Positions 19,984 to 33,018 of a DNA stretch of 64,000 bases are shown here, piece by piece; positions within the stretch are counted from its first letter, which is position 1; every line of letters begins with the position of its first letter. Made by a program: the position numbers and the translations under genes. The notes under the pieces were generated by a model. That model searched no databases. It was not told where the DNA came from and worked only from the letters and a program-made list of their open reading frames with translations. This stretch comes from Picochlorum sp. SENEW3 (Eukaryota): NCBI GenBank assembly GCA_034226945.1, contig CP120463.1:186001-250000 (forward strand). Direction: 5' to 3'.

Positions 19984-22900
19984 TCATTCTGGTAAAAATG
20001 GCAATAAATGTGTTGACGGTGATGCGAGAGGCTGCTGCCCACCAACGGCATCAGGATGATTGTGTTGAGGGGTGAGTTGCAGATCTAGCAGTTCAGCTGT
20101 GCCTGGGCAATTCATGGCAACTCGTTTTAGCGCTCCAGAGCAGATTTTATTGCATTCTCCTATTTCATCAATGCATTTGTTCCAGCTGTATATGTCATGC
20201 TGTTCATATGTGCCTGGTGATCCCTGATAGTTGGACAGTGCTTGCAAGACTCTAACAATGCAGCCGCCAAGTTGACCATTCAATTCCAGGGCGAGCATGT
20301 CGATGAGGCAAGTTTCACTTATGATGAGTTCGTCATTACCAATATTCACTCCGGGTGTACTAAACAAAGCCTCTAAGATGTAGAGAGCTGCCCTCTGGTA
20401 TACATCAGGGGCTCTCTGGACAGTCTCGATCAGTCGTTGAATGAAGAGCAATCCATACCTGGGGAAAAGTTCGTGGATAATGATCGGAACTACTTCCCTA
20501 GACCAATTTCTGCAGCTCATATCGAGATCCATTTTTGAGTTTGGATCGGATTCGAGGCATTGCAGGAGGGCTCCCAAGTTTGTCCATCCAACACATTCAC
20601 ATGCCTGTGATAAATCCTGAAGGAAACCTGATATCTCCTCGGAGTCTACGTTTACTTTCACAAACACCCAAGGTAAAGTTGAGGAGACAGTGATCGCGAG
20701 GCCAATGTATACATCACCAATGATGGATTCAATGCCAGCCAAGGGATGACTTGCAAGGGAATATGAATGCACTGTGAACCATTCCTGCCTCTTCAATTTC
20801 TTCAAAGCCCGTGGTCTTAGGACATGCATCTTGGAAGCTCGATGAATTTGTCTACAAATTGAGGCAAATGCATCCAGTGTAAGTCGCTCTGTGTCCCCTT
20901 GAAACAAGCCTTTGACCAGAAGCTGTTGCAGAGCAAACCAGGGTCCAGCAGCATCATCCTCAACATCCTCAATATCTTCCATAAGACCTTTTCCTAGCAG
21001 CCATACATCATCAGGCATCTTAGTATTGGAATGATTTCGCTTGAAAGCATGTTCTGGGGCAAAAACGCTCAGAATTGCCTTCTGCACGAGCAGGTCTGAG
21101 AAATCCAAGCAATCCAAGAGCTCGAGAAGCATGGCCATTGCCAGTTCTCCCACTCTGACCACGCTCGAGTTCAACAAGGCAATACATGCAGCAAATAAAT
21201 GAGGATATAATATCATTTTATCTCGACTCGTGTTCGATAAGAGCACCCTAAGGGTGCATAGGATTTCAATACCAGTGTCAAGTCCCTCAGATGATGCTGT
21301 TTTCAGACATTTCTCCAGGCAAAATAGCAATGAAGTGCACGCGGGGCTTGTCAAAGAAGGAGAAAGTGAGCAATAAATTTGATGAGATCGCGATGCTCCA
21401 TGCCTTGTACGTGAGCAACACGCCCACTTCAGAGCCTCCGAGGCCCATTTTTCTGATAGCCCAGAGTCAAACGGAAAGCAATTTGCAACTGCAGAGTCAT
21501 GCACTTCTCAGTACGTGAGCATGAAAAACGAAAATAGGGACATCAATACATACCTATTTGGACAAAAGCAGCAACGGATCCTGCGGAAGAAATCCACGGG
21601 TATGTAAGTGTTGGTAGCTCCCAATCCCAGATCCTTTCTCCCTCTGGTACACTCTGTAAAAACCCAATAACACCTGCCACCCTTGCATAGTCTGATGAAT
21701 ATACTGGATCATCATGTTTTGAATTGGTTTCTAATATCTTGTATGAAAGATTATACAGCAAAAATTGCAAAATCTGACAAGATTCGTGGCACACTTGCTC
21801 ATTGCATGAGTCCAACTGCAAAACAGCAATATGCAGTAGCTCTGCCAAGTGTGGACGCAGGTATTCATCATTTTCAGACACTATCTCGCTTAAAAGGCAA
21901 AGTGCACCCTCTTGAGAAGATAAAAATCTGCGCTTCTCTATGATTCTAGGAATTGGCTGAAGATGATCATCTGCTTGGACGTCATGCGTTGAAGTCCCTT
22001 GGTTATCTTGCAGCAAGCCTGAACCCAAGGCTGCCTCCAGCGACTCTTCCACATCATACTCTCCGTATTTCGTCCGAGATTTTAGTCGATTCTCATCTTC
22101 ATCCGCGGCCAGGCCCGAAGCTGATATCGTTCCAACTGCTGCTGCTCCAGCCACAACGACAGTATCAGCAACAGCAACGCCGGTTTTGATAATTATATCC
22201 ACAGTAGATCTTTTAATTACCTGAGCAAATGATGACGCGGTAAATGGCTTGGAACGATCTGCTGTAGCTGCCGCAATGGCAGCTGCTGCTCGTGCTGCTA
22301 GTGGCTGCTGCCTAGGCAGAGGTTGTTGAGTCGGAGCTGTTGCGGCTCTATGATGGAATTCCTTTATCTGCAAACATGCATATGAACATAAAAGAAAGTA
22401 CGACCAGATATTAGATGTCAAAACACCGTACCAATCCCAGCTCCACCGTATTATTTATCTCGGCCTGATCTAAAGGCTCATCCTTCCCATGCAGATTGAG
22501 TACTTCTGATTCTGCCAAAGTTATCAGATGCTCCACTGTAAACCTGGGCGCTACCCGTGAAAGATAAAGGGCAATATGTTTTCCACATTCCATGGACGAA
22601 TATTCTAGGTTGCTTTTGGATGATTCTTTGCTCTCACGTAGGAGTTTAGATAAGAGGAAATTGAGCACAGGTGCAATGTTTCCTCTGTGCATAGCTATGG
22701 TTCGCCAAATTTCCTGAATAGTAGTGCTCTGAACCAAGCCAGGAGCATTTGATACATTATAAAGCAAATCCAAGACAGAATAAGACCATCCATCTCCAGA
22801 AAAGTCAGCGTGCTCAAGCCATGGGGGAAGGCAAGAGAGGGTTTGCTGTAATTTCTCTGGATTACTCACAGCATTCTTGTGTCTCCTCAATAATTCCTGG

Positions 22901-25900
22901 GTGACTTGCAAAGAGGCGTTTTCATAATGCATTGCCATTGCAGAAGATACTTTCTGTTGGAATATGGCATGGGAATTCTGTAGACCACCAACCACAACAA
23001 GGTCCTGGATCATTGCATGCTGTCCGCTACTCTCCTTGTCCTCCAACCCTAGTTTTGAAAACGAAGCCTTCAGACCCTGGTCAGGATTGTACCTCCTTTC
23101 GATTGAATGCAGCAATTTCCTGGAGTTTGATCGAATTTGGGGGTCCGAGTCAACCATTTTACTCAGTACGAGAGCTATGAGAGTATGCAGGTCAAATTCG
23201 ATGGATTGGTTCTGCATGATAACATCGGAGAGAACCAAGAAATGAGCATTTGCGACTGCAGCACTAGATGAATAGCACTGATCGACAAACATTGGGCACA
23301 TGTTCAGGTTTGACTTCAGATAAAACTTCAAAGCTTCTTTTGCAATTTCAAAATTTTTTGGTGCCCAGCATGTGCGAAAGTCTTGGGACTGCTTTTCACC
23401 ATCTGGCACGTTACTCTCTAGCATTCTCCGTATCCACGTAAATACTCTACCATTGGGATCTTGGCTATCTGAGTCAAATACAGGGCCTAGCAACATCGCG
23501 CCCATCGCAAGATTTGCAGAATCTTCCAACATTTGTGATGAGGAAAGAATCTCCTTCTCGACCTGCTTAATGACTTCAGGATCACGTGGTTTCACAGCCG
23601 CTTTCGCGGAGGCTATGTGCCTCCGAAGTTCAGATCGAAACAATCCTGGCGTCTGCCCCTCTTCCGTATATAGACTAAATGTGTTGTAAAGTTGCTTGCG
23701 AAGCATTGGCGGGAATGCCTGTGAATGCCTCTCAGAGAGCTGCAAAGCCACCTGGCGGGCAATAGAGCAAAGACAATACCGCAATAGCTGTAAATCTGGC
23801 GATACAATGGACGAGACATCAATGAATCTCACCGTTTCGACGATGAACCCAATTAACGAGTCACGCATTAGGATCTCACCCTGCAAGGTGTTCGGCTCTA
23901 TGTTTGAGCATACAGCACAAAGGATTTGAGCATGAACGAGCCTTGCATCTTTCCTGAAGCTTTTAGCAGATTTCAAGGAGCTTCCTTTTCTCTCACCAAC
24001 AGCAGAGTACTCAGTCTCAAGAGGTTGACATTTTTGAACCACACTCCCTTGGAATGATTTGTCTGCACAACCAATAGCAGAAAGGGCCAAATCTGATCCG
24101 ATTCGGGCTGAATTGATAAGAATCCCGAAAAAACCTTCTATTTTCCTGGGAAGAAGCTCATCAATGGAAACGCATGCATCACGAGGAGTTGGAGCAATTA
24201 TGAAACAGTACAAATCCCCCCAAAGCTTCTTCTTCCCATCTGTGGACACGGTCTGCCTCCCATTCTGATCTGTCACTGTGAAATTATGGAAATTTCCCAA
24301 AGTTTCAACGACAATTGTAGCGGCAGTATCTTTGGCGTAGATCCAGCAGTGCCTCATCAGCTCAGATAAGATCTTCAACCACCTTGATGTTCTGTCTGCT
24401 TCAGTTGTATCAGACATGCACGATTCAAAAGAGCAGTTTTGTGGGACAGGCTTCCAAACTCTCAAAATATCAGAATACGGTCCAATATCCCAATAACAAG
24501 ATCGAGATATTTGATTTCCCTGTTCTTGTATCAGTTCGAACAAATATTTTTGGTCATGCTTCACCTCAGACAAAGGACTGTTTGCCCCCGATGAAAATGC
24601 TTCACGAATAGTTGATGAAGCTGTTCTCTGCCATGGCATGGACAAAGTGCTTCCAGCTCTAGGTGTTATCATTTCTGAGAATGATCTCCGGAATTTGTCA
24701 ATGGATTGGCCATTTGAGGTCAACTGTTGATCATTGGCCTGGCCAAGCCGCACCCAAGGTTGAGAAGCAGAGCGTGTGTGTTCATATGAAATTTCTAATT
24801 CTGTCTTTTCGGGCATCTTCTCAAGCATCTTTGGTGCACTTGAGGCTGAATTATTTGAGTCTAATCCCCGAAATGTATCGGCCCTTTCCTTAATGCTCAA
24901 GTGCAGGTGGCATGCTGCTTGTAAGACCTTAAGGCCCATTGATCTAATGATCTCGCTAGGATGACAAAGTAAGAAGAAACCACATGATTCTACGTGATGT
25001 AAAACATCAAAAGTTTCCTGTTGATATGTAGACCATGGAGCTTGAAGGTCTGAAATCTTTTGACTGTTTGATGTCTCCCAAATTTTCATCATCTGTATTA
25101 GTAGGTTAGATACATCCATAATCAGCTCTTCTGTATCGAATAAAATACTCTTGATAATCCTAGTCAAACCCTCAATAACCGAATTTCGAGATCCGGGCCA
25201 AGCTGTCATGCAACGAGATAGCGCTGATATTGCTGCACTTCGTACACTAGCTTCAGCATGAATAGTGTAAGATGGTACATCCTCCATAAATATCTGACTA
25301 GCTTTAGCGTCTTGTTTCCAGCCCGATGGGATAACAAAAGGTGTTGCATCGAGTAAACTCACAAGAACAGTTAGGGCAGTGATTCTCTCCTTCGATATCC
25401 CATCTTGCTGGGCCCTAACTGAATTAGAAATCTTTGAGTATCCATGTAACTGATGGCATTGCATTCTAATTTTCTCCAATGCATCTGATAGAGGAGAACT
25501 CAAGTGTCCTACTTCGAGAATATCAAGTAACGAATAATCCTGCTGCAAAAGATGCTCCATTCTCTGGACAAGGTACCGAGGAACCGGCTTGCCATATGGG
25601 GTATTGGGGCCTAAATTCATCACCAATGCTTCCAAAGCCGCTGGAGTTGGTGGGAGTTTTTCCATATAATCAATATCCTCATCAAAGAGTTTTCCTGGTG
25701 CTTGTGCCAAGATTGGAACCAGGGATGATATCGCGATGAATGGAGCTTCCCATGAATGGCTCCCTTCAAATGCAAGCATTTCCATGATCATCCCTTTGAA
25801 AGCAAATTCTGGCAATACCGATGAAACTGACACACAGAGGTGTTTCAAGACGATGATGGTTTCACATGAGCTTAAATTTCCTTTGACAGCAGTAGAAACT

Positions 25901-27204
25901 GCTGTCTGAGTGCTTCTAGACACCCATTTGCTGAGTCGTTCAGGGTCACTCCTGCCACTCAAGCGCTTCAGGAAACAAGAAACGCAGCGAGTCAAGCATA
26001 ATACAGCCATAGGAGCATTTTTCTTATCCTTTATTTGTCTACATAGATTATCGATCAGGACGTCGATCGAATTGACGAGGCCATTTTCATCTTCAATGCA
26101 GGTCAACACTGAGGCTACAGGATATCCTGCCAGAGCTTGCTTTGACTGCTTCGTAGTCCATTTAAAGAGTTCTGTACGAAGGAGAGCTACTGTAGAGTGC
26201 CATTGACTTCTCAGAGAAGGGTCAGATTTCGAACCAAATCCTCCAGGATCCTTTGCATCTGACAAAGGACTCAGAACGGAGGCCAACAAGTCACACAGTG
26301 CATGCTGCAGCCTGCTCTTCTTTTCACTTGCAACGTGTCGCAAGGGAAAAACCGCTTCTAAAAAGTTAATAGCTGAAGTCAATGACGAAGCAGACGTATC
26401 TGTCAATTTGACAAACCGGAGTGCATGGCATAAATCATACATCTCTTGTCTTGCAGGAGATGATGCATCTGCTCTCATTCGACTTCTAAGCTCTTCGAGG
26501 AATCTTTTCAGAATTGAGTCTAATGTAGTAAGGGACAGTTCTCCAAGCAGTTTTGAAGCGGCTAAAATGACTTTATCTTTGAGCTGAGAGAGTGATACAT
26601 CTTGCAATCTTGAATCCACATATCTGTCAGCATTCAAAATCCAATCAAATGCCAGTTCTTCCAAGTCATCGCTAGTTTTCTCAGAAACAGAGGCACCGTT
26701 ATTTTTAACTATATTTTTTGACGCCTCCAGAAAGAATTTTTCAATGATAAGCTGCATTGAGGACAGAAAATAGATCAGCATGATACTTGGGATATTTTGC
26801 AGCTAAAGCCGTACCCTTGATCTCATAAGAACCGCATGATTCGGCCTAGATGTATCCATGACTACTTTTAAAGCATATTCTCTCCATTCTAATAATTGTG
26901 AAAGAATAGAATCCGCCGCGTGAACAGAAGCCAACTGCAGACATGTCACCAGGTTTGAAGTCAAAAAATCTTCTTGGTGCTTGTCATACAAAAGCAGAGT
27001 AACCACGTACACTCAACCCCTCAAGAGTCTTTACGAGAGTAGAATCCTTAGTGGCGTCACCTTTTTCCTGAACAAGAGAAACAAGACAATCAGTAATCGT
27101 CGATATAGTTGTTCAGACACAGGCTTATAACTACTCACCACTTTCAACTGAACCTGGCCTTTGAACTGCGCAACAAGCGCACTGCCAACTTTTGATGCAA
27201 ACAT
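19984..27204 (-). CDS. Furry/TAO3/MOR2-like cell morphogenesis protein, multi-exon
   Basis: ORFs 19984-21504, 21543-22421, 22411-26781 and small 5' exons joined by canonical introns; LAFDWILNADR, WASEALKWACC..SRSHQIY and YPHLF motifs of the MOR2/PAG1 family. Confidence 0.82.
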
Positions 27205-28238
27205 TATATTTTAAATATGCTCTATCTGTCGACCGGTCGTGCAGAACAAGATGTACCCAAACGAACTCTCGGAAAGGTGACTATTCCACCGATTCGCAGT
27301 CTCCTGCGTCAAACATGCACGTTCTGATATATTCCAACTGATCATATGAGAAACTATATTTAAATACCACATCTTGCTGGCCTTTTTGCCCAGACAAATG
27401 TTCACGTGACCGTAGAAACACTTCGTTTGTTTATTTAAGGAAAACTTGTACTGTCAGGGCATGGTATGCGCTCCGGTTGTCTTTATTAGAACAAGCAACG
27501 CTCACATTACAGTAACTTGAAGTAATTATTGGCATCTACATAGCAGCCATGTCGGAGGTTCACGGTTTCTCCCTCTGCAAGTCCTGCAACCGTTCAGTTC
27601 AGGTGCAGTCGTGCTTCTATCGGGAACAAAGATCCGTCTCATACACTGATACAAGATATATACTCGATTCTATGCAGAAAAGTGGAGGATACGCAAGTCT
27701 GTGCGAGATTCTTGGGTGGAGACTCAAGGGGCGCCGGCGCCACCGACAGAACCCCACAATTTGAATTAGAGAAGTCGGTAATCGGTGGGTATGCGAATGT
27801 ATCACGCCCATCAGTACCACCCTGTTACATACAAAACAGTCAAATTATACAATCAACTATTGTTAGTAACATTTTACATTCAAAAGTGCATATCGCTGCG
27901 CTAATCAACAAAGGTATGTAAAGTTCGAGTCCAGATCCATTCCAACCGTTTGAATACGTCACGTCGATTTGCCCCATATTTTCACCAATGGCTGTGCTAA
28001 TGTGACATAAAAATGATAAAAGTTGAAGTATGTATGGGGAACACATGTTCATTGTGATGAATGCATGTGTTTTGGTGTCACGAGTCTGGTGTCAACGAGA
28101 CCGTTGAAACCCACCGTGGAAGGACGAGTCATGTTGACAAGATGCATCGAAAACTTGTGTAATACACTGTAAATAATATATATATCACGTTGTATGCCAT
28201 GCAGACTTGTTCGTGAATTCACTCAGTGTACTCTCACA

Positions 28239-29240
28239 ATGATGGAGCAGCGAGTTCCAGGGACTGTACGACTTGCACTGCACTGCAATTGCGACTTTTA
28301 CAAGGAGAAAGGATGCTGGCGCTATAACCAGAAATTCTGCGTGGAGACTGAAATGTCTACAGATACTAGCCTTTCTGACCTCAATCTTCGTTTGATGGAC
28401 ACGATTGCCCCCGTTGCCGGCCACAAGGGTAAGATTACATCAGTATCTTCCAGACTCCCTGGCAAGAGGTTCAATGGGAACCCTGTTCATCTGAAAAAGA
28501 TTGAGACCGAAGACGATTTGCAGTACCTGCTCCAGATCTGCAAAAATTCTTTTGTCGTCAACAAGGATATTTACAGAGTAGATGTGTTTGTGAAATTTGA
28601 ACCTCTCAACATTGAGGAGGAATATGGAAAGGATGTTGCCCAGTTCCTGGCCAAATTGAAAAATGACAAGGCCTACGAAGCGGAAGTTTTGGCAGGGCTC
28701 GAGGAATTGAATCAAGAAGAATGGGAGGAAGATATTTTCCAAATGGATGAAGATATTGCTTTGGAACAGCTCGCTGCAAATGCCAGCGAGGCATGCAATG
28801 CTTCCTCAGAGTTTCCCTATGGTTCGGGATTGTCCGTGGGCGACACTGGTGCTATTTCCCTCGACAAGATTGGAGCATATAGACCCATCTCAGCTACCAA
28901 TACCTGCCAAGATGAAGATATCGTTGTTGCTCAGGAAGATATTCAATGTGCTGGTGATGAGGAAAAAGTCACTGTTGCTGACAGTGTCAGTGACGAGTCA
29001 GATGGTGTGCCTGATATTGCTGTTTGCGAGAAGTCAGGGACTCCTCAACACCACGCTCCTGAAAAAGGAGGCATTGCTGCAGATATTGTGAGCGTGAAGG
29101 CTGCCATTGTCACATGCAACGCTCCTGAGAAGAAGCAACCACTGATGGGGTTGTCCAAAAAGGTGAAGAGATCAAGGCGCGCATTGTCAAAGTTTTTTGG
29201 TCTTTTTACCTGTTTTGCCGCACCATCATGCTTGGCGTGA
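28239..29240 (+). CDS. Unknown protein with a PB1-like N-terminal domain
   Basis: Long ORF; WRY..SLSDL..RLPG..IETEDDLQYLL resembles PB1; acidic middle and basic/Cys C-terminus. Confidence 0.5.
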   Translation: MMEQRVPGTVRLALHCNCDFYKEKGCWRYNQKFCVETEMSTDTSLSDLNLRLMDTIAPVAGHKGKITSVSSRLPGKRFNGNPVHLKKIETEDDLQYLLQICKNSFVVNKDIYRVDVFVKFEPLNIEEEYGKDVAQFLAKLKNDKAYEAEVLAGLEELNQEEWEEDIFQMDEDIALEQLAANASEACNASSEFPYGSGLSVGDTGAISLDKIGAYRPISATNTCQDEDIVVAQEDIQCAGDEEKVTVADSVSDESDGVPDIAVCEKSGTPQHHAPEKGGIAADIVSVKAAIVTCNAPEKKQPLMGLSKKVKRSRRALSKFFGLFTCFAAPSCLA

Positions 29241-29397
29241 ATGTTGGGTCTGGATCAGCCAGCTGGCCTGCAGATTCCCAGCATGTTTTTTTTAAATTCT
29301 TCGTTCACTGACATGATGGTGTGAATATGACTCCAACGCATGTCTCCTCATTGTAACAAAACTCATATTTCATTTGATTTCATTTACGGTACCAAGG

Positions 29398-29988
29398 ATG
29401 AGAAGAGTGCACATTGTGCTGTCTGTTTTGTTGTGTTTTCACAGTTTTTTCACGGTTTTTGGAGCTGTCGAGCACAAACGATGTGGTGCCTGCAAGGTCG
29501 TCGCAGTACGTTGAAAATGCTACATTTAGCTATCAAAATATAAATCGGTGACTACTGGAATGTGTTTGCAGGGCGAACTTCGTGAAAGATTGAACAAAGA
29601 GAAGAACCGTGTCAGAAATGCCATCGACTCCCGTGCAAGGCTCGATAAGGATGGAAAGAGATACGGAAAGGTTATCAAATTTGAAGTCAGTGAACTCAGA
29701 GCAATCGAATTAATCGATGATTTGTGCAATGAGATGAAAAAATATCACTTTTCACAAGGTACCTGGTCTGCTAATAAGAGCTCGTCATCAGATACTGCCG
29801 AGGTCAAATATCAGCGATCATACCTTGTGAATGTTTGTTCTGATATTATTGGAGAGTGGGAAGATGAGATTTCACGGGATATTAGAGAGGGCAAGGCTAC
29901 AGCAGAGTCAGTGGAGGAACTGCTGTGTCACAATTATTCAAAATCGTGCCACGGGCTCGGGGGTGACAACTCGAAAGATGAATTATAA
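29398..29988 (+). CDS. Canopy/Seele-like saposin-fold ER protein (intron 29506-29571)
   Basis: Signal peptide, CGAC, SELRAIELIDDLC, further paired Cys residues, C-terminal KDEL. Confidence 0.85.
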
Positions 29989-30049
29989 CGTCAAAGAATT
30001 AATGAATACGAAATCGTTATGTAAGATATTTATTGGACTGGTTGACTTG

Positions 30050-30787
30050 TCACAAAAATCCTCCCCAGTCCCGTAGCAGTGGCAGTCTTTTGACAACTCG
30101 AATGAGTGCATCATCATCCCTGTTCCTCGACAATCTTGCACTCTTATTTGAAACCCTATGCTGTTTCGTAGAGGACTGCTGCCTGGATGGATGGTATGTC
30201 CTTCGGGTCTTTTGTGTCTTTCGCACAGTGGTAGAATCATCTGCTCTCTGATTGTCTACCACTTCTCTAGCCCTACGCATGGTCGCATATCGACGCCTTG
30301 ACCCATCAGATTCTGCAGTACCCCCTTTATTCCGGACACGTTGCGTCATACGAGCGCTTCTCTGTGTCGCAAAGTAGTCATAAATCTCAACAGCTGCCTG
30401 GAAAACAACCCCACGCAGACCAGGGACAGCAAAAACAATCGCCGGAAGAATAAATATAAATCTGTAATCGTGAATTACCCATGGAATAATGAGAATAACT
30501 GCAACCGAACCAAAAAGAACGACCAACTCTGCTTCCAAAGGCTCCTTCTTCCTACTTCTCTGGTACAAATCTGCTCTCTTCCTCCGTATTCGCTCATCCA
30601 AGGAGAGAGAATCATGTTTCTCCTTTCTGTATTCTATTATCTCACCCTCGTATGTAGGAGCCTGGAATTCTGCTCTATTCGAGGAGCAGGTGGTCTCCGA
30701 TACTCTTCTTCTCCAACTAGGGCCACCACAAAGGGTCTTGCTACGCCACACGGAACAACAATGCTGGAAACATGCAAATGTGTGCAT
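30050..30787 (-). CDS. Hypothetical membrane protein, possibly organelle-targeted
   Basis: Long ORF with two hydrophobic segments, basic C-terminal half ending WGGFL; start uncertain. Confidence 0.55.
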   Translation of the reverse strand: MHTFACFQHCCSVWRSKTLCGGPSWRRRVSETTCSSNRAEFQAPTYEGEIIEYRKEKHDSLSLDERIRRKRADLYQRSRKKEPLEAELVVLFGSVAVILIIPWVIHDYRFIFILPAIVFAVPGLRGVVFQAAVEIYDYFATQRSARMTQRVRNKGGTAESDGSRRRYATMRRAREVVDNQRADDSTTVRKTQKTRRTYHPSRQQSSTKQHRVSNKSARLSRNRDDDALIRVVKRLPLLRDWGGFL

Positions 30788-31013
30788 TATGTAGTCTGGA
30801 CAGAGCTGCTTGGCAATTCGGTATGAATGAAAATGAACAACCACTCCATGGTATCGCATCAATTTCCTCTGATCCGGTCCAACTCATAGGTTGACCGATG
30901 AATACTTGTCATGATGTTCCAAGTGCACGTGTCTCCTTGAGCCATGGTTGTCACATGAATGAGGGCATTGGAATTCATTTTGAAATCTGTTTGTACTACT
31001 GTTGCAAAACGAT

Positions 31014-32965
31014 ATGGGTGCGATCCCAATGGTTGCGAAGAATACCACCTGTACTGGTCGTATGCCAGCAAGGGCTGGTTCGAGAATGGCGATCAAGCCT
31101 CGCTCAGTGCATGGTTCAATTGGACTAACAAGTAAAAAAATGAATAATGCGTCGCACGATCGTGTGATTGAGTCAACAGGGAATGTACCAGCGACGAGAG
31201 GGAAGGGCATGTGCCGAGCTGTGGTGGACTCTGACCAGATGGTGCGTGCATTGCCTTGTATCTATAGGATATAGAATTCTTAATAATGTATGGGATGTTG
31301 CAGGAGTCGAATGAGAGTGGAACCCTGAATTACCTTAGCCGACCAGCCAACGGGAAGCAACGAGTGGTGGTTTTGGGGTCTGGATGGGCTGCTATGAGTT
31401 TTATTAAAGCTTGGGATGCGTCTCTTTCGTCCAAGTATGAGCTTGTATTGGTATCACCCAGGAATTATTTCGTATATACGCCTCTGCTGCCTGCCATGTG
31501 TGCTGGGACAGTGGAGGAGCGCTCCATTGTGGAGCCAGTGCGCTCTGTGTTGAAGAGCAAGGGGAGGTTTTTCGAAGCAAAATGCAATGAAATTATTCCA
31601 GAGGAGAAAGCAATTGTTGCTTGCTTTCCTGAGGATGCTGGATTCCCAGAGGCTTGCTTCAAACTTCCATATGATATTTTGATTCTGAGTGTGGGGTGTG
31701 TGAACAACACCTTTGGGGTACAAGGAGTGGAAGAGTATACAACATTCTTTAAAACAGTGGAAGACGCGGCTAGATTAAGATTGAGGGTGTCAGAATGCTT
31801 TGAAAGGGCTGCTCTGCCTGCCACATCAAAGGAGGAGAGACAAAAACTCTTGTCCTTTGTGATTGTTGGAGGTGGTCCGACAGGGGTAGAAGTTGCCGCT
31901 GAGTTGTACGATTTGATCGAAAACGACCTTTCCAAATTGTACCCAGATATTGTTGATGATGTGAAGATTCGGGTGGTGGAGTTGATGGACCATGTGCTGT
32001 CCACGTATGATAGGGCTATTTCCAACTACACTGCTGATGTCTTCAAGAGAAATGGGATTGAATTGGTGCTCAACTCCAGAGTCCAAAATGTCGGCCCTGA
32101 CAGTGTAACGACAGTGAATAAAGAAGGAGAGAGTGTGGATATTCCTTTTGGAGCCTGTGTATGGGCTACAGGTGTCGCCATGAATCCACTGGTGAAGAGT
32201 CTTCAAGGCACCTTGCCAGAAGGAACTCAGACGCATTTCAGATCAATTGTCACGGATGAGTACCTCAGGGTTCGTGGTGCCCCTGATGGTAGCATGTTCG
32301 CAATCGGTGATGCTGCTACTATTGAACAACAAAAAGCGCTGGACAAGGCTGATGAATTGTTTGAAAAGGCAGATGCTGACAAGAATGGCCAACTGTCCAT
32401 GAAGGAGCTCAGGTCCTTGTTGACAGAAGCCTCCAAGGACTTTCCCCATCTTGCAGAGCATGCCAGATTTTTAACATCAAAGAGTGGAGCATCAAGATTT
32501 GGCGGTATTGTAGCAAAGGCATTCGCCAAATCCAATAAAATCGATGAGGGAATGTACAGTAAATACGTCTCTGAGGATGCCTCCTTGGACCGGGAAGAAT
32601 TCAGGGAACTGTTGCAAACTATTGACTCGGGACTCCGTGCACTCCCAGCTACAGCCCAGGTTGCAAAACAAGAAGGAGAATATTTGGCACAGCTCTTTGC
32701 ATCACAAGACATCTCCACGACCAAACCAGTGGACCTCAAGGGTGCAGCGCCTTTTGAGTATGTGCACAAGGGTAGTTTGGCATACGTCGGATCAGACCGT
32801 GCAGTGATGGATGTTCCCGTCGTTGGTCCCATCATGGGATACTTTGCTGGCCTGGCCTGGAGAGGTTTTGAGACATTCTCTCAAATCTCATTCAGAAATC
32901 AAGTGCTGGTGGCCACTGATTGGGCACGAGCCAAAATCTTTGGGCGGGATACATCACGCGTGTAA
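31014..32965 (+). CDS. Type II NAD(P)H dehydrogenase with EF-hand insert, probably plastidial NDA2-like (intron 31242-31303)
   Basis: VVLGSGWAA, VGGGPTGVE, AIGD, EF-hand DADKNGQLSMKE, LPATAQVA; exon 1 is transit-peptide-like. Confidence 0.88.
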
Positions 32966-33018
32966 TTATTCACATTCAAATTTAATATCATCTTGTAATT
33001 GTTTACTAGAGAAAATAT

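Noticed and set aside
19984..27204. Apparent frameshifts suggesting a Furry-like pseudogene
   Set aside because: Frame changes coincide with canonical short GT-AG introns.
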